A stretch of DNA of 64,000 bases from Candidatus Latescibacterota bacterium (GTDB taxonomy: Bacteria; Latescibacterota; UBA2968; UBA8231). The DNA lies in the NCBI GenBank assembly GCA_965208105.1, contig OZ242318.1:2496001-2560000 (forward strand). Reading direction: 5' to 3'. This document shows positions 1 to 10,039 of the stretch, piece by piece. A model generated the notes under the pieces. The model had not been told where the DNA came from. It ran no database searches and saw nothing but the letters and a program-made list of their open reading frames with translations. The position numbers and the translations under genes are program-made. Numbering within the stretch: position 1 is the first letter of the stretch; each line of letters starts with the position of its first letter.

Positions 1-19
1 CGGAGAGACCGGCTCGAGG

Positions 20-601
20 ATGCTGGCAGTGCTGAAAGAGAATCGCACCCTGCTCAAGGAAGCGGAGAAGACGACCCTGGAGCCCGTCGCCGTGATGGAG
101 CTCGCCCGCCGCTGCGTCTTCGCCGGCCAGTCCGCAGAAGCAGTCGAGCTCTACGAGCGCCTGGGAAAGGAGAAGGGTTGGGAGAGCCTGATGCTGTCGG
201 AGATCGGGATGGCCAAGGCGTCCAGCGGTGATGTGAGCGGCGCGATCGCAAGCTTCGAACACGCGGTCGCTTCCACCACCCAGGCCACCATGAAAGCTCT
301 CAACGACGCCTACCGCGCAGCCCTCGGCGACGCCTACTGGTCATTCTGGGGGTCGGTGGAGATTCTCGAGGTCCGCCAGTGCCAGAACCACGCCTGGCTG
401 GCCGGCCTGCGCACCGGGATGGGCGAGGCAGAGCGCGGCCACGCCCATCTGCGCAGCGCCGTCGAGCTGCTCGATAGCGAGGCAATGTCTCCGATGCGCG
501 CCGTCCTGGCGCCGGAGATGGTGCGGCGTTTCGATCAGATGTTCCCGTTCCTCAGCGATGCGCCCGAACTGCAGACCCTGCGCGAGGAGTGGTTGGAGTG
601 A
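20..601 (+). CDS. TPR-like hypothetical protein, probably 5'-truncated by the window edge
   Basis: Helical repeat pattern (AEAVELYERL, GDVSGAIASFEHAV); frame is open upstream to the window start. Confidence 0.5.
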   Translation: MLAVLKENRTLLKEAEKTTLEPVAVMELARRCVFAGQSAEAVELYERLGKEKGWESLMLSEIGMAKASSGDVSGAIASFEHAVASTTQATMKALNDAYRAALGDAYWSFWGSVEILEVRQCQNHAWLAGLRTGMGEAERGHAHLRSAVELLDSEAMSPMRAVLAPEMVRRFDQMFPFLSDAPELQTLREEWLE

Positions 602-716
602 GGCGCGCCTCGCCGGTCAGGGCCCGCGATCCGCGAGTCCTTGGCCGGCAAAAAGGTAGTTGGCATCTTCAGCGGTGGGAACGCGCCCGCCGACCACTTA
701 GCGAGGATTTTGCAAA

Positions 717-2408
717 ATGTCTAAACAACCCAAGCGCAAAAAGAGCCGTCGCCGGGGTGCCACCGCGCGCGCCAACGCCGAGTTCGGCGCACACATGGCA
801 TCGCTGGGCCTAGAGGCCATTGAATCCTATAAGGTCTGGTGCCGTCAGCACGGATTTAGCGCGGCTCTGAGCAAGACTTGGCAGGAGCGGCGGCAAGAGC
901 GCGCCGCGCACCAGCACGACCAACAGGCCGCCCAAGCCGAAGAAGCCGTGCGGCAACACGTCGCACAACTAGGGCTAGACGAGGTGGCCGCCTACCAAGC
1001 GTGGTGTCGGCAACAGGGGCTCGGCGACGCCATCCACAAAAGCGACGCCCAGCGCAGCAAGGAGGTCAAGCTCCACCAGCAGATCCAGAGCACCCAAGCC
1101 CTACACAAGGGCCGCAAGCACAGCCGGCGCACCAAAGACATCATTCACCAACTCTGGGCCGGAGCCATCGCCGAGAAAGAGCTGCGCACCGAGGTCTTGC
1201 GCCTAATCCATCGGGCCTTTGTCAGTTTGGCCGGCGACCAGCGGGCACAGCTACGGGATTTGCTCTTGCACGTAGAGAAACGGGCGTCCAGCCTGCTCGA
1301 CGCGCGTCCAGCCCTCCAGCGCTTGGGACGAGTGGAGGGCAATACCTTCGTCGAGGCCATCGGCGCTTTGGCTCGGCACAACGACGCGTGGCAGCAGGTG
1401 CCGTCCGAGTGGAAGCCAGACAGCCGCAACCCTCGGCGACAATTCGCCACACTGGTCCGATTCCTATTGGCCCGCTACGACGTGCCGTCCTGCTTGGATT
1501 CGGCGTGGTTCGGCGGCTGGGACAAAGAGGCCCAACGCCAGCAGGGATGGTTCGTCCACGTGGGCAGCGGGCAGAACATCCGCACGGCCGACCTGCCGCT
1601 CGTGCTCTCCAAGCGCATGGCGCACGTCTTTGCCGAGGCACCGAGCGAACTGACGGCGACCGAGGCCCTGCGCTGGGCGCAAGTGATGGGACAGGAAGGC
1701 AGCGATGCACTCGCGCAGGCAGTAATAGCCACGGAATTGGGTCGCAATTTCGCGGACGAATCCTTCTGGAGCACAGTCGTACTCTTCCTCGTCGAAAACC
1801 CCATGCTCGACCCGGACATGGTGGGGCCAATCGTCGATTATATCAACCATCAGAAGTACGTCCCCACAGAGGAAGGCGAGCCACCCCAACCCAACTACAC
1901 CATGAAGGGACGCAGCGCAGTCAAGCTCCTGCGCCAAGTCGAGGAATGGCACGAGCGCTTAGCCCGCGATAACCGCCAGCCTGGGGGAAGTTGGGAGGCG
2001 TCGGGCATAGCGGGATTTGAGTGGGAAGACGACAAAGAGGAAGGGTTGCGTTGGACTATCCGCGAGTTGACTTCCAAGAGAGACCTCACGCTCGAAGGAC
2101 GGGCGATGAAACACTGCGTCGCCTCCTATGTATCCAACTGTCGGCGGGGCAGCAAGTCGGTGTGGTCAATGCAGGTGGCCGATCCAGAGGGCTACAGCGC
2201 CCGCGTGGCGACGATCGCCATACACAATCCGAGCCGCAACATCGTCGAGGTGCGGGGGCGTTTCAACGCCGTGCCACGGCAGTCGGGAAAAAATCCAAAA
2301 AACAAGACATTGGAACGGCCTTATCGAGAGCTGCTGGCGCGCTCTGGTGCTATGTTGCGGAAGTGGATTGAGGCCGAAGAGTTGGGGCGGACGACGCGGG
2401 CGTACTAG
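717..2408 (+). CDS. PcfJ-domain protein
   Basis: 563 aa; C-terminal ELTSKRDLTLEGRAMKHCVASY...EVRGRFN matches the PcfJ-like motif. Confidence 0.75.
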   Translation: MSKQPKRKKSRRRGATARANAEFGAHMASLGLEAIESYKVWCRQHGFSAALSKTWQERRQERAAHQHDQQAAQAEEAVRQHVAQLGLDEVAAYQAWCRQQGLGDAIHKSDAQRSKEVKLHQQIQSTQALHKGRKHSRRTKDIIHQLWAGAIAEKELRTEVLRLIHRAFVSLAGDQRAQLRDLLLHVEKRASSLLDARPALQRLGRVEGNTFVEAIGALARHNDAWQQVPSEWKPDSRNPRRQFATLVRFLLARYDVPSCLDSAWFGGWDKEAQRQQGWFVHVGSGQNIRTADLPLVLSKRMAHVFAEAPSELTATEALRWAQVMGQEGSDALAQAVIATELGRNFADESFWSTVVLFLVENPMLDPDMVGPIVDYINHQKYVPTEEGEPPQPNYTMKGRSAVKLLRQVEEWHERLARDNRQPGGSWEASGIAGFEWEDDKEEGLRWTIRELTSKRDLTLEGRAMKHCVASYVSNCRRGSKSVWSMQVADPEGYSARVATIAIHNPSRNIVEVRGRFNAVPRQSGKNPKNKTLERPYRELLARSGAMLRKWIEAEELGRTTRAY

Positions 2409-2495
2409 GCGGGCGCACGTTGCATCTGGAGTGGCATTGACGCGCAGTTGCTTTTTGGGGCGCTAGGATTCGCTCAGGATACGCCTTGATCTCGA

Positions 2496-2624
2496 TTATT
2501 CCAAGCGTTCTTCGCTCACGATCTTTGCCATGGACCCTTTAAACTTAGATGTGATTCTGAGCACTGCCTCCATCGAGGCCGGGGCCTTCCCCTCCCGCAG
2601 TGTCCGCGCCAGAATGTGGTTGAG
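2496..2624 (-). pseudogene. 3' fragment of a small protein cut at the ori end of element copy 1
   Basis: Reads LNHILARTLREGKAPASMEAVLRITSKFKGSMAKIVSEERLE* with no start before the repeat. Confidence 0.3.
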
Positions 2625-2626
2625 CG

Positions 2627-2939
2627 AAGTATAGGTAAAATGAGGCACCTTTTTGGCCCTCTTGTCAATGCGCCGAACACACCCAAGGGGCAGGGTAAGC
2701 TTGCTGATGATCGTTTGCAGGTCGTTTGTCAGGGCTCGCAGTACAGTTTGGTTGTCTGTGGGCCCCTAGTGCGCTGTTAATGAGTCGGCATTGAGTTTTA
2801 GACCTTGGCCAGTGATACCACGAAGAAAGAAAAATTACAAGTCTGAATACTTAACAGCGCACTAGCGGGTCCAATCCGGTACTCGATGAGGCCGTTCAGG
2901 ACGCACTTCTCCCTACGGCTCACGGCGCCGGGAGCGAAT
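2627..2939 (-). mobile_element. ISCR/IS91-like element copy 1 (ori end plus 3' UTR, interrupted by a MITE)
   Basis: Begins AAGTATAGGTAAAATGAGGCACCTTTTTGG on +; near-identical to the other copies. Confidence 0.9.
2769..2862. mobile_element. 94-bp IS630-family MITE
   Basis: 12-bp TIR GTGCGCTGTTAA/TTAACAGCGCAC, TA on both sides; both halves resemble the ends of the IS630 at 11551-12706. Confidence 0.9.
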
Positions 2940-3285
2940 GGAGGGGAGGGCAGGCCGCGGCTGGAGGCTGGATTCCGAGCCCTTCATCATAATGGCTCGC
3001 AAGGGATGCGGTGGACATGGCCTTCACGGCTACACCAGTCGCCACTTCGACGGAGCTCAGTGCTACACTTTTACAAACGGTCAGTTCCGATTCTGCAGCT
3101 ACTCACCGAGTATCTACGAGACGGAAATGCCGGAATGGTTCGACGAACCCACCGAGGTTCAGAAAGCGGTTCTGGAATCACCTTACGTGCATAGCAGACC
3201 CCTGATAGAGGATGACGTCGAAACACTGGTCCGTCCCGGTGCGGAACCCAAGGACCACATTCCTCGCAAGCGCCACGAATTCTAG
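2940..3285 (+). pseudogene. PhyH-family dioxygenase fragment, 5'-truncated and internally deleted
   Basis: GWRLDSEPFIIM...GHGLHG...FTNGQFR joins directly to YSP...; the DGG...PGSH core seen in the paralogue at 39425 is missing. Confidence 0.6.
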
Positions 3286-3356
3286 GTAGGGAAATCCTCG
3301 CCCCGACGCGGGTTGACTCGCTGCTTTATTCTCCGCACCGCCACGAATTCTTGCCG

Positions 3357-5384
3357 CTAATAGACGCGTATATGATTGCCTCTCATGCCCGTAAACGCGT
3401 CCACCAGCAGCCAGAAACCCGCCGCCACGAACTGGCCCAGGATAATCCCTATAAAAAACGGCTTGGTTCGTTCGTAGAGCGAAGGTCCGCCGTACTTCAA
3501 CACCGCTAGCTTGATCAGCCACGCGCACAGCGTCGACATCCAGGTGGCGGTCAAGACCCACGAGGTACTGATGGCGAAGCCGACGGGATGGAAAGGCCAC
3601 CAGGCAAAGGTGTGGCGCGCGATCATCAAGCCGGCCATGACCGCTGCCCCGATTCCTGACCAGATCCACCCATATACGTTGGCCTCCGGGGCGCCACCGA
3701 TCGCGACTTCGGCGTAGCGGGGCGCCGACCGCGAGTAGACCTGATAGTATCTGCCATTGAGGTTGAGACCTCCGTGCTTGTAGCCCAGATAGATCCAAAA
3801 CCAGGTACCAGCCGCTATGGCAATCGCCGAAGCCGCCATGATGGCGATCGCCAAAGCCCGTCGACGCCGGGTGATCTCCGACCCCAGTCGTAGCGCGTTG
3901 GCCATAGGAGCAGTCATGAAGGTGAGAAAACCGCCGGCCCAAACCAGCGTGTAGCCCGCTGCCACTAAACCCTGCATGCCCAGTGCCGTCGCGCCGACGC
4001 TCGACATCACGAAGGTGGCCGGCCCCATGGAGGGCGTGATGGTGGGTATGCCGGTTTCGGCGATGACCCTCGCCAGTCCGATCATGATAACCAGGATGGC
4101 GAAGATGAAAATCGGCGCGATCCATGCTGGGAAACCCGTCTGCCACAACCAGACGAAGACGACAGCCGCGCCGCCCAGGAAGCAGAGTACGGCGCCCCGA
4201 TACGACATGATTTCCCGCGAGTCGTCCACCGGTGCATCGCTGTTCCAGGCCTTGCGAAAAACATCCTTGAGGTGGGACCGTGCGGTCCAGAGACCAAAGA
4301 GCACCATGACTATCAGGGCGCCCATCATCTGGTGGCCGAAGATGGAGCCGCTAACGGAGGCCCACCAGGGACCCATGCTTTGGTACGGATCTATTCCCAC
4401 GGTTGCGAAGAGACCTTGCTGGGCGAGCTTGAGGAGGTAGAAGAACCAGATGCTGAAGGCGACGCCGGTATTGATGAAGTAGGCAAAACCCAACATGAGA
4501 AAGTTGATACGAAGTTGGACCTCGACCTGTTCCCGAAAAATCATGAACTCGGCTTGTCCCATGAAGGGGGGAATCCAGGGGACATAGTTGTGCAGAATGT
4601 TGGTGCTGTTCATCAAAAAGGAGAAGAGGAAGCCGGCCCACACGACCGGATTCTTGAAGAACGGTTTGATGATCGAATTGGGCCTGCCATTGTCCTGTAC
4701 CATGGCCAGGGGCACCTGGGCCATGGGAAACGCCAGGCGCTCGTTATCCACCCACTGTCGCCGCAGGATCACCAAAGCGCTCAGCAACATGAGGTGGTAG
4801 GCAATAATGAGGACAAACCAACGCGACAGAACCGGCAGCCACAGGTGCCAGGGAATCCGGTCGACGTCCCCGCCGTAGTACAAATCGCTGACCGCCCGGT
4901 CATCGCTGAGCGCGAGCCAGTCCGGCCGTATCAGCTCGACGAGCTCCGTCCAGTTGTTTTCGGGGCTGGCGTAGAAGCTACTCCCCGTAACCCCGACCAC
5001 GAGCCTCCCCGAAACGCCGCGGTTGGGAATGTGCGTCGCCACCGCCATCATGCTGAAAATCAGTACGAGCTCCCCGGGGCGCAGATGCCAGTTTCGCTTC
5101 AGCAAGGTGAGCACCACCTGCACCGTCAGCACAAGGACGAAAAAGAGGATGAATGCGGCCGGCGTGCAGGAGCTGAGCCCGATGCGCGACCCATGGATGA
5201 CGTTGATGGTGTAAGGCAGGATCAGCGCGACACTCAGGGCTGAGAATGCGCCTATAACCAGGCTGCGCAGGGTGATCGCCCACCGGTCTGAACGGTGTGA
5301 TGAACCAGGAGTGCTCACGGATCTAGATGGGCCGCCCGAACTCGGTGAAGCCAACCAGCGCGCGCAAGAAGAATTCCAGGACAT
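3357..5384 (-). CDS. DUF6785/DUF6784-type multi-pass membrane protein (putative transporter); start uncertain
   Basis: Many TM segments; RRQWVDNERLAFPMAQVP and WWPFHPVGF motifs. Confidence 0.75.
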   Translation of the reverse strand: MSWNSSCARWLASPSSGGPSRSVSTPGSSHRSDRWAITLRSLVIGAFSALSVALILPYTINVIHGSRIGLSSCTPAAFILFFVLVLTVQVVLTLLKRNWHLRPGELVLIFSMMAVATHIPNRGVSGRLVVGVTGSSFYASPENNWTELVELIRPDWLALSDDRAVSDLYYGGDVDRIPWHLWLPVLSRWFVLIIAYHLMLLSALVILRRQWVDNERLAFPMAQVPLAMVQDNGRPNSIIKPFFKNPVVWAGFLFSFLMNSTNILHNYVPWIPPFMGQAEFMIFREQVEVQLRINFLMLGFAYFINTGVAFSIWFFYLLKLAQQGLFATVGIDPYQSMGPWWASVSGSIFGHQMMGALIVMVLFGLWTARSHLKDVFRKAWNSDAPVDDSREIMSYRGAVLCFLGGAAVVFVWLWQTGFPAWIAPIFIFAILVIMIGLARVIAETGIPTITPSMGPATFVMSSVGATALGMQGLVAAGYTLVWAGGFLTFMTAPMANALRLGSEITRRRRALAIAIMAASAIAIAAGTWFWIYLGYKHGGLNLNGRYYQVYSRSAPRYAEVAIGGAPEANVYGWIWSGIGAAVMAGLMIARHTFAWWPFHPVGFAISTSWVLTATWMSTLCAWLIKLAVLKYGGPSLYERTKPFFIGIILGQFVAAGFWLLVDAFTGMRGNHIRVY

Positions 5385-5714
5385 TCACGTTCCGGTGGTC
5401 CCTGAAACCGCCTTCGTACTGCAGCTCGTCCCTGGCGACCACAACGATGGCCCATAGGTCGTAGCCGAAGTAGTGCGTGGAGTTGGTAAGGGTAAGGAAA
5501 AGCGTACTGCGCTCGAAACTCCTTCGATCGGAGGTGTCGTCGCGCATCCGGTACGGGAGCGGACCAAATCCCTGAACACCTGCCTGCAGCAGCGTCGTCG
5601 TCGGATTCCATGAACTCGTCGGCGATGTCGTCCACCGTCTGCCAGTACAAATAGTCGTTGCGCATACCGTTGAGATGGTGTCGCCAGAACATAATATCCG
5701 TATGGAAAAATTCC
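5315..5714 (-). pseudogene. Hypothetical gene fragment abutting copy 2
   Basis: Open frame runs continuously from the repeat; family not recognised. Confidence 0.35.
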
Positions 5715-6024
5715 AGGTAAAATGAGGCACCTTTTTGGCCCTCTTGTCAAGGCGCCGAACACACCCAAGGGGCAGGGTAAGCTTGCAGATGATCGTTTGC
5801 AGGTCGTTGGGCAGGGATCGCAGTAGGGTTGGGTTGTCTGTGGGCCCGTAGCGGGTCCCATCCGACCACGGCGTTTTGAGCGCAAAGCAAAGCCGCTGCG
5901 AAGCGAGGAGGCGCAGGCGCCCTGAAGCCAGGGGCGGCCTGGCCACGTAGCGGCACAAGCGTTCGAGTCCCCGCCGGTCCCGGCCCGCGATCCGCCTAGC
6001 CGCATGCAGCGAAAAGCCGCGCGA
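5715..6024 (-). mobile_element. ISCR-like copy 2 (ori end lacks 6 nt; 3' UTR fused to the catalytic Tyr region of the transposase)
   Basis: Repeat followed by GFSLHAARRIAGRDRRGLERLCRYVARPPLA...KTPWSDGT. Confidence 0.9.
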
Positions 6025-6088
6025 AGGCCAAGTCCGGTAACTCCGCTGAAGCGGCCCGGCGACGCACCCGCTCTTCGTGACTGGCCGC

Positions 6089-7552
6089 TCAGTCCGCCTG
6101 TCCCGGGAACGAGGTCTCCTCACCGACCTGAAAGCCGAACAGGGTAGCCCGGTGGAGGTGGAACCGCACCTTCATCACGTGCCCCACCCTTCCCCCGGCG
6201 TCGCTGGTCTGGCCGGGGATTCCGCGCAGCTCCGGTCTCTCCCACCACAGGCGCAGGCGGCCGTCGGCTGCCGCGATCGATCCTGAGGCCGCGCGGTCCC
6301 AACCGGGCACCACGCTGCCGAACGGGTCCAGTATCTCCGCGCGCACGCTTCCCCCGGGGTCGACGTCGGCGACGGCCTGCACCCCCGTCTGCCCGTAGTT
6401 GCAGACCCACCGGGTCTCCACCACGCCGTCGTGATCCGCCCGCAGACCGCACAGGGCCTGCAGCGGCAGTCGCGCCAGGCCGGTGCGGCGGGTGGCGCCG
6501 ACGGTCTTGGGGTTCACCACCGGCGGCTTGGGCCCGCGCTTCAAGCGGTGGTGTCGGTCCACTCCGTTGTAGTAGACGAAGAGCTCCTCTCCCACGGGCA
6601 GCAGCCGCACGGGACAGACCTGCCCGCTGTCGAAGGAGCCTTCGGGACCGCGGGGAATCCACTCCGCCCGCGGCAGGGCGCGGTGAAAACTCCGTCCGTC
6701 CCGGGAGTACACCAGCTCGGTAGTCATGGGAGAGTCCTCCGGGTGGTCGTGAAAGACCCAGAGGGCGCCGACGTGGAAGGTGCCGACGACGGCCGTCGAC
6801 AGGGAGTAGAACTCGGTGAACTCGTCGTCCCCGGAGTCCGGGGTGAGGAGCATCTCCGGGGGGGTCCAGCGCAGAAAGTCGCCGCTTGTGCCGCGGCCGA
6901 CGAAGCGCCGCTTCGGCTGGGTGCGCGGTCGCAGGAACGCCACCCAGCTCCCGCTGTCCCGGTCCCGGTAGGGCTGCAGGCAGTTGGCGTCCGTGATCTC
7001 CTCGAACCCCATCACCAGGATCGGCTCCTCCGGCCATTCCAGGCCGTCACGGGAGAAGCTCACCGTCACCCCGGTGCCACCCCCTTCCGGGAGGCCGGCC
7101 GCGGCCCGGGTCGCGTGCTGGTAGCCCAGGGCTTTGTACCGCCGCCGCGGATCCGGGTCGTCCGGATCTTCGACGATGTTATGGAAGACCGAATCCCCGG
7201 CATCGACTTCCCGGATGATGTTGTTCTCCAGGCTCCCGGCAAAGGACAGCCGCCGGAGAGAAGGCCGTTCCCAGGTCAAGCCGTCACCGCTTTCCGCATA
7301 GCAGAGAAAGTGGCGCTCCGGCCCGTCGCCCTCGCCGGCGGGGCGGTCCGCGCCGCCGATGGAAGCGCGGTACCAGAGTCTGAAGCGACCGGAGGCCCGG
7401 TCGCGGAGCACCGCGTGGAAGGCGGAGCTGCCGGCGGTCTCCCACGGCATCTGCGGTTCCAGAATCGGGTCCGGCTCCTTCTTCGGGGAGCCGAGCACCC
7501 TGCGGACGCCGGCAGTTCGGTCGATGTCGTCGTCGTCGAAGAGCAGCTTCAT
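6089..7552 (-). CDS. Glycoside hydrolase-like five-bladed beta-propeller protein
   Basis: [18 protein letters not shown] repeats, DPDPRRRYK motif. Confidence 0.7.
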   Translation of the reverse strand: MKLLFDDDDIDRTAGVRRVLGSPKKEPDPILEPQMPWETAGSSAFHAVLRDRASGRFRLWYRASIGGADRPAGEGDGPERHFLCYAESGDGLTWERPSLRRLSFAGSLENNIIREVDAGDSVFHNIVEDPDDPDPRRRYKALGYQHATRAAAGLPEGGGTGVTVSFSRDGLEWPEEPILVMGFEEITDANCLQPYRDRDSGSWVAFLRPRTQPKRRFVGRGTSGDFLRWTPPEMLLTPDSGDDEFTEFYSLSTAVVGTFHVGALWVFHDHPEDSPMTTELVYSRDGRSFHRALPRAEWIPRGPEGSFDSGQVCPVRLLPVGEELFVYYNGVDRHHRLKRGPKPPVVNPKTVGATRRTGLARLPLQALCGLRADHDGVVETRWVCNYGQTGVQAVADVDPGGSVRAEILDPFGSVVPGWDRAASGSIAAADGRLRLWWERPELRGIPGQTSDAGGRVGHVMKVRFHLHRATLFGFQVGEETSFPGQAD

Positions 7553-7656
7553 GGGGCGAGTTTCTCGATCAGCTCGAGCGGAGAAAGGACCAGATGGGTG
7601 GTCCCGTCTGCCCATGGCTCACGGCCGGCTAATGTCTTTGCCTGCGCGCATCTGGA

Positions 7657-8199
7657 TCAACGATTCCGGGCTCGTTCGAGGACCGGTCGGTAATATTCGA
7701 GGTCCGGGACTTTCATGTCAGGGATTTTGCCAGCCTCGTCGTAGAGGCGCAGTTGGATGGCTCGTTCGAAGTATGGGTTGGCTTCAAATTCGCGCGCCTC
7801 CTCCTCTTTGAACGGGCCTCCCTGTACCTCGAGACTGAGCATCGAGGCAGGTGAAACAGTCTCCAGATACTCTGCGTCCGTTGCCACAAGATACCGCTTG
7901 GCCGCGACATGCAGGCGCATCGGTTCGATCACCTCAGGAGGGAAGTGATCGCGCAGCGCTTCGGCTCCCAACTCTTCATGAGTCGCGTCAATACCTCTTT
8001 CGGCGACATCTTCGCCAAGGTCATGTACGAAATGGCCGTAGTCATGCAAGAATGCCGCTGCAATCATCAAATCGTCGGCCCCATCACGCTCGGCAGCTAC
8101 CGCCGTCTGTAGGCTGTGAGCGACAATGGTCACCCGCTCTCCATATTCCGCCTGGGCATTCTTCCGCATGCTGTCAAAAATCTCGTCGATGATGGACAT
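7657..8199 (-). CDS. PhnZ/TmpB-like HD-domain oxygenase
   Basis: HSLQTA, AAFLHDYGH, HVAAKRYL, SLEVQGGP motifs. Confidence 0.8.
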   Translation of the reverse strand: MSIIDEIFDSMRKNAQAEYGERVTIVAHSLQTAVAAERDGADDLMIAAAFLHDYGHFVHDLGEDVAERGIDATHEELGAEALRDHFPPEVIEPMRLHVAAKRYLVATDAEYLETVSPASMLSLEVQGGPFKEEEAREFEANPYFERAIQLRLYDEAGKIPDMKVPDLEYYRPVLERARNR

Positions 8200-8209
8200 C
8201 CTGTCTCCC

Positions 8210-9316
8210 TTATTCTCTATCCAGCACAGCCAGCTTGCTTAGCAGGCTGTCAATGTCCGCATAGCAACCCTGAAAATGGCGATCGCCTGCGCTTTGATAG
8301 CCGATGCGGCCATGGAGAATTCGCTGATTGTCGAAAAGCACCCCATCGCCAGGACCCATTTTGAAAGTGACCTTGAAGCGCTCGTCTTCCAACATGCCCG
8401 CGAACGCGTGATAGGCGGCATAGAATGCCGGCATCTTCTCCGTTTCGACGTAGAACGCCTGTATTGATCGATTGTTGAAATGAATGCCAACGACCTCGCC
8501 GCGAGGGTTGGTCTGGATTATCGTCGTTTCTTGATGTAGGTCGGTGTCCTCACTACTAAAGCGGAAGGTGACCAATGTTGAGGTCAGCAGGGCAAACTGG
8601 TCCGGTGCCTCCTGACGTAACGCTTCCGCCGCGCGAAAACCATCAACCAGGGTACTGTCGCCTCCAGCAACGCAATTGCTCAACACATGCAACATCTGCA
8701 GTGTCGGAACGGGACGACGATAGGGGTTGTCGGTGTGACCGGCGAGCGGTGCGCTCGTATAGGCGAGATTATTCGGGTTGGCCACCACCTCTATGTCGAA
8801 GTAGGGACCATAATTTGTATGGCGCACGTAACCAAACAGGTCTATCACCTTGAACAGCGACTCAGATTCGACAGGAATCTCCGCTATCGTGGCAAAGCCG
8901 TAATCGCGCACATGAGCCAGCATCTCTCGTAAATAACTATCGTCCTTCGTCAATTGTGGAAGCACAAAGGGCAGCTTGGGAAACGTTGCCGCATCCCACA
9001 ACCGCTTGTGGCTGCGACGGGCCTCCATCTCTGACCGCTCATAGGCGTTGGACCGCAGCCATTCGGGGGTGAACTCCGTCACGTGCCCGTCGTTGGCCCA
9101 CTCTATTTTGACGGTTTCGCCTACAGTGACGCTGTTTGCTCTTAGATCAAGCGGGATCGACAGAGTATCAACGAGTTTCTGTCCATTGGCATGCCGGTTC
9201 TCGGGGGCGTTGTCTCTGAGCCAGATATAGTGGAAGATACTGCGATGGCCGTCTTCCCACTCAATGACAAGCTGGTTTTGTTCCGCGCTATGACCAACAA
9301 TGACGTTTTCGCTCAC
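8210..9316 (-). CDS. Gamma-butyrobetaine hydroxylase-like Fe/2OG dioxygenase (TmpA-like)
   Basis: N-terminal WLRDN domain, HTDNPYR, FDNQRILHGR. Confidence 0.8.
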   Translation of the reverse strand: MSENVIVGHSAEQNQLVIEWEDGHRSIFHYIWLRDNAPENRHANGQKLVDTLSIPLDLRANSVTVGETVKIEWANDGHVTEFTPEWLRSNAYERSEMEARRSHKRLWDAATFPKLPFVLPQLTKDDSYLREMLAHVRDYGFATIAEIPVESESLFKVIDLFGYVRHTNYGPYFDIEVVANPNNLAYTSAPLAGHTDNPYRRPVPTLQMLHVLSNCVAGGDSTLVDGFRAAEALRQEAPDQFALLTSTLVTFRFSSEDTDLHQETTIIQTNPRGEVVGIHFNNRSIQAFYVETEKMPAFYAAYHAFAGMLEDERFKVTFKMGPGDGVLFDNQRILHGRIGYQSAGDRHFQGCYADIDSLLSKLAVLDRE

Positions 9317-9631
9317 CTATAGCCTCCTCAAGTGTGCAGGTCGGTTGACCTCGCCGCTCGCGGACAGAGACACACAATGCGGCACGGCGCGCGACCCGAT
9401 CAATCAATGTCTTGTCCGACAGAGAACTCACCATTCTTGCGAAAGGTTGGACTCCCTGCCCAACTCTCCCCGTACCGCGTCCAAGGCGACGGAGTTTCCG
9501 TGTATATCAGCAATGAGCGCCAATTTCATTGTATCAACCTCGAAAAACCGATCTGGACGAACACTTCTATTCGTTTTCACGGTTTGGGGAACCGCGAAGC
9601 TGTTGCGGAAGGCTAAAGTACGTCAGCGGCT

Positions 9632-10039
9632 TCACGACTTGCTCAGATTCATCGTTGCACCATGAGCCATCTCAAAGCCATGCCGCTCGTAAAATGGGAC
9701 AGTGTCTTCTCGACAACGTAACAGAACCTGCTGGATTCCGATTTCTGTAAGACGTTCCACGAGCCGCCGCATCAGCTCCGAACCGATGCCCATACCACGT
9801 TTTGACTCCTCCACCACCACATCATCAATCAAGGCGCGATAGATTCCATCGCTAATAGCTCGTGCAAACCCAACGAGGTGGTCATCTTCCCAAACGCCCA
9901 AGATTACAGCAGTTCCTTCGAGCATCGTGTGAATTTGCTCGGAGTTTCTGTCTTTTGCCCAAGCTGTTTGCCGGAGCAGGACCTGCAATTGCTCAGGTTT
10001 GATGGACCGTTCAAAAGAATATTCCACTGCGCGGAGCAT
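9632..10039 (-). CDS. GNAT N-acetyltransferase
   Basis: LVGFARAISDG, RGMGIG, FYERHGF. Confidence 0.8.
   Translation of the reverse strand: MLRAVEYSFERSIKPEQLQVLLRQTAWAKDRNSEQIHTMLEGTAVILGVWEDDHLVGFARAISDGIYRALIDDVVVEESKRGMGIGSELMRRLVERLTEIGIQQVLLRCREDTVPFYERHGFEMAHGATMNLSKS

Noticed and set aside
2627-2939. Repeat as a structured ncRNA, group II intron or retron
   Set aside because: Only short hairpins, no reverse transcriptase nearby, and the position behind an IS91-like stop codon explains the conservation.
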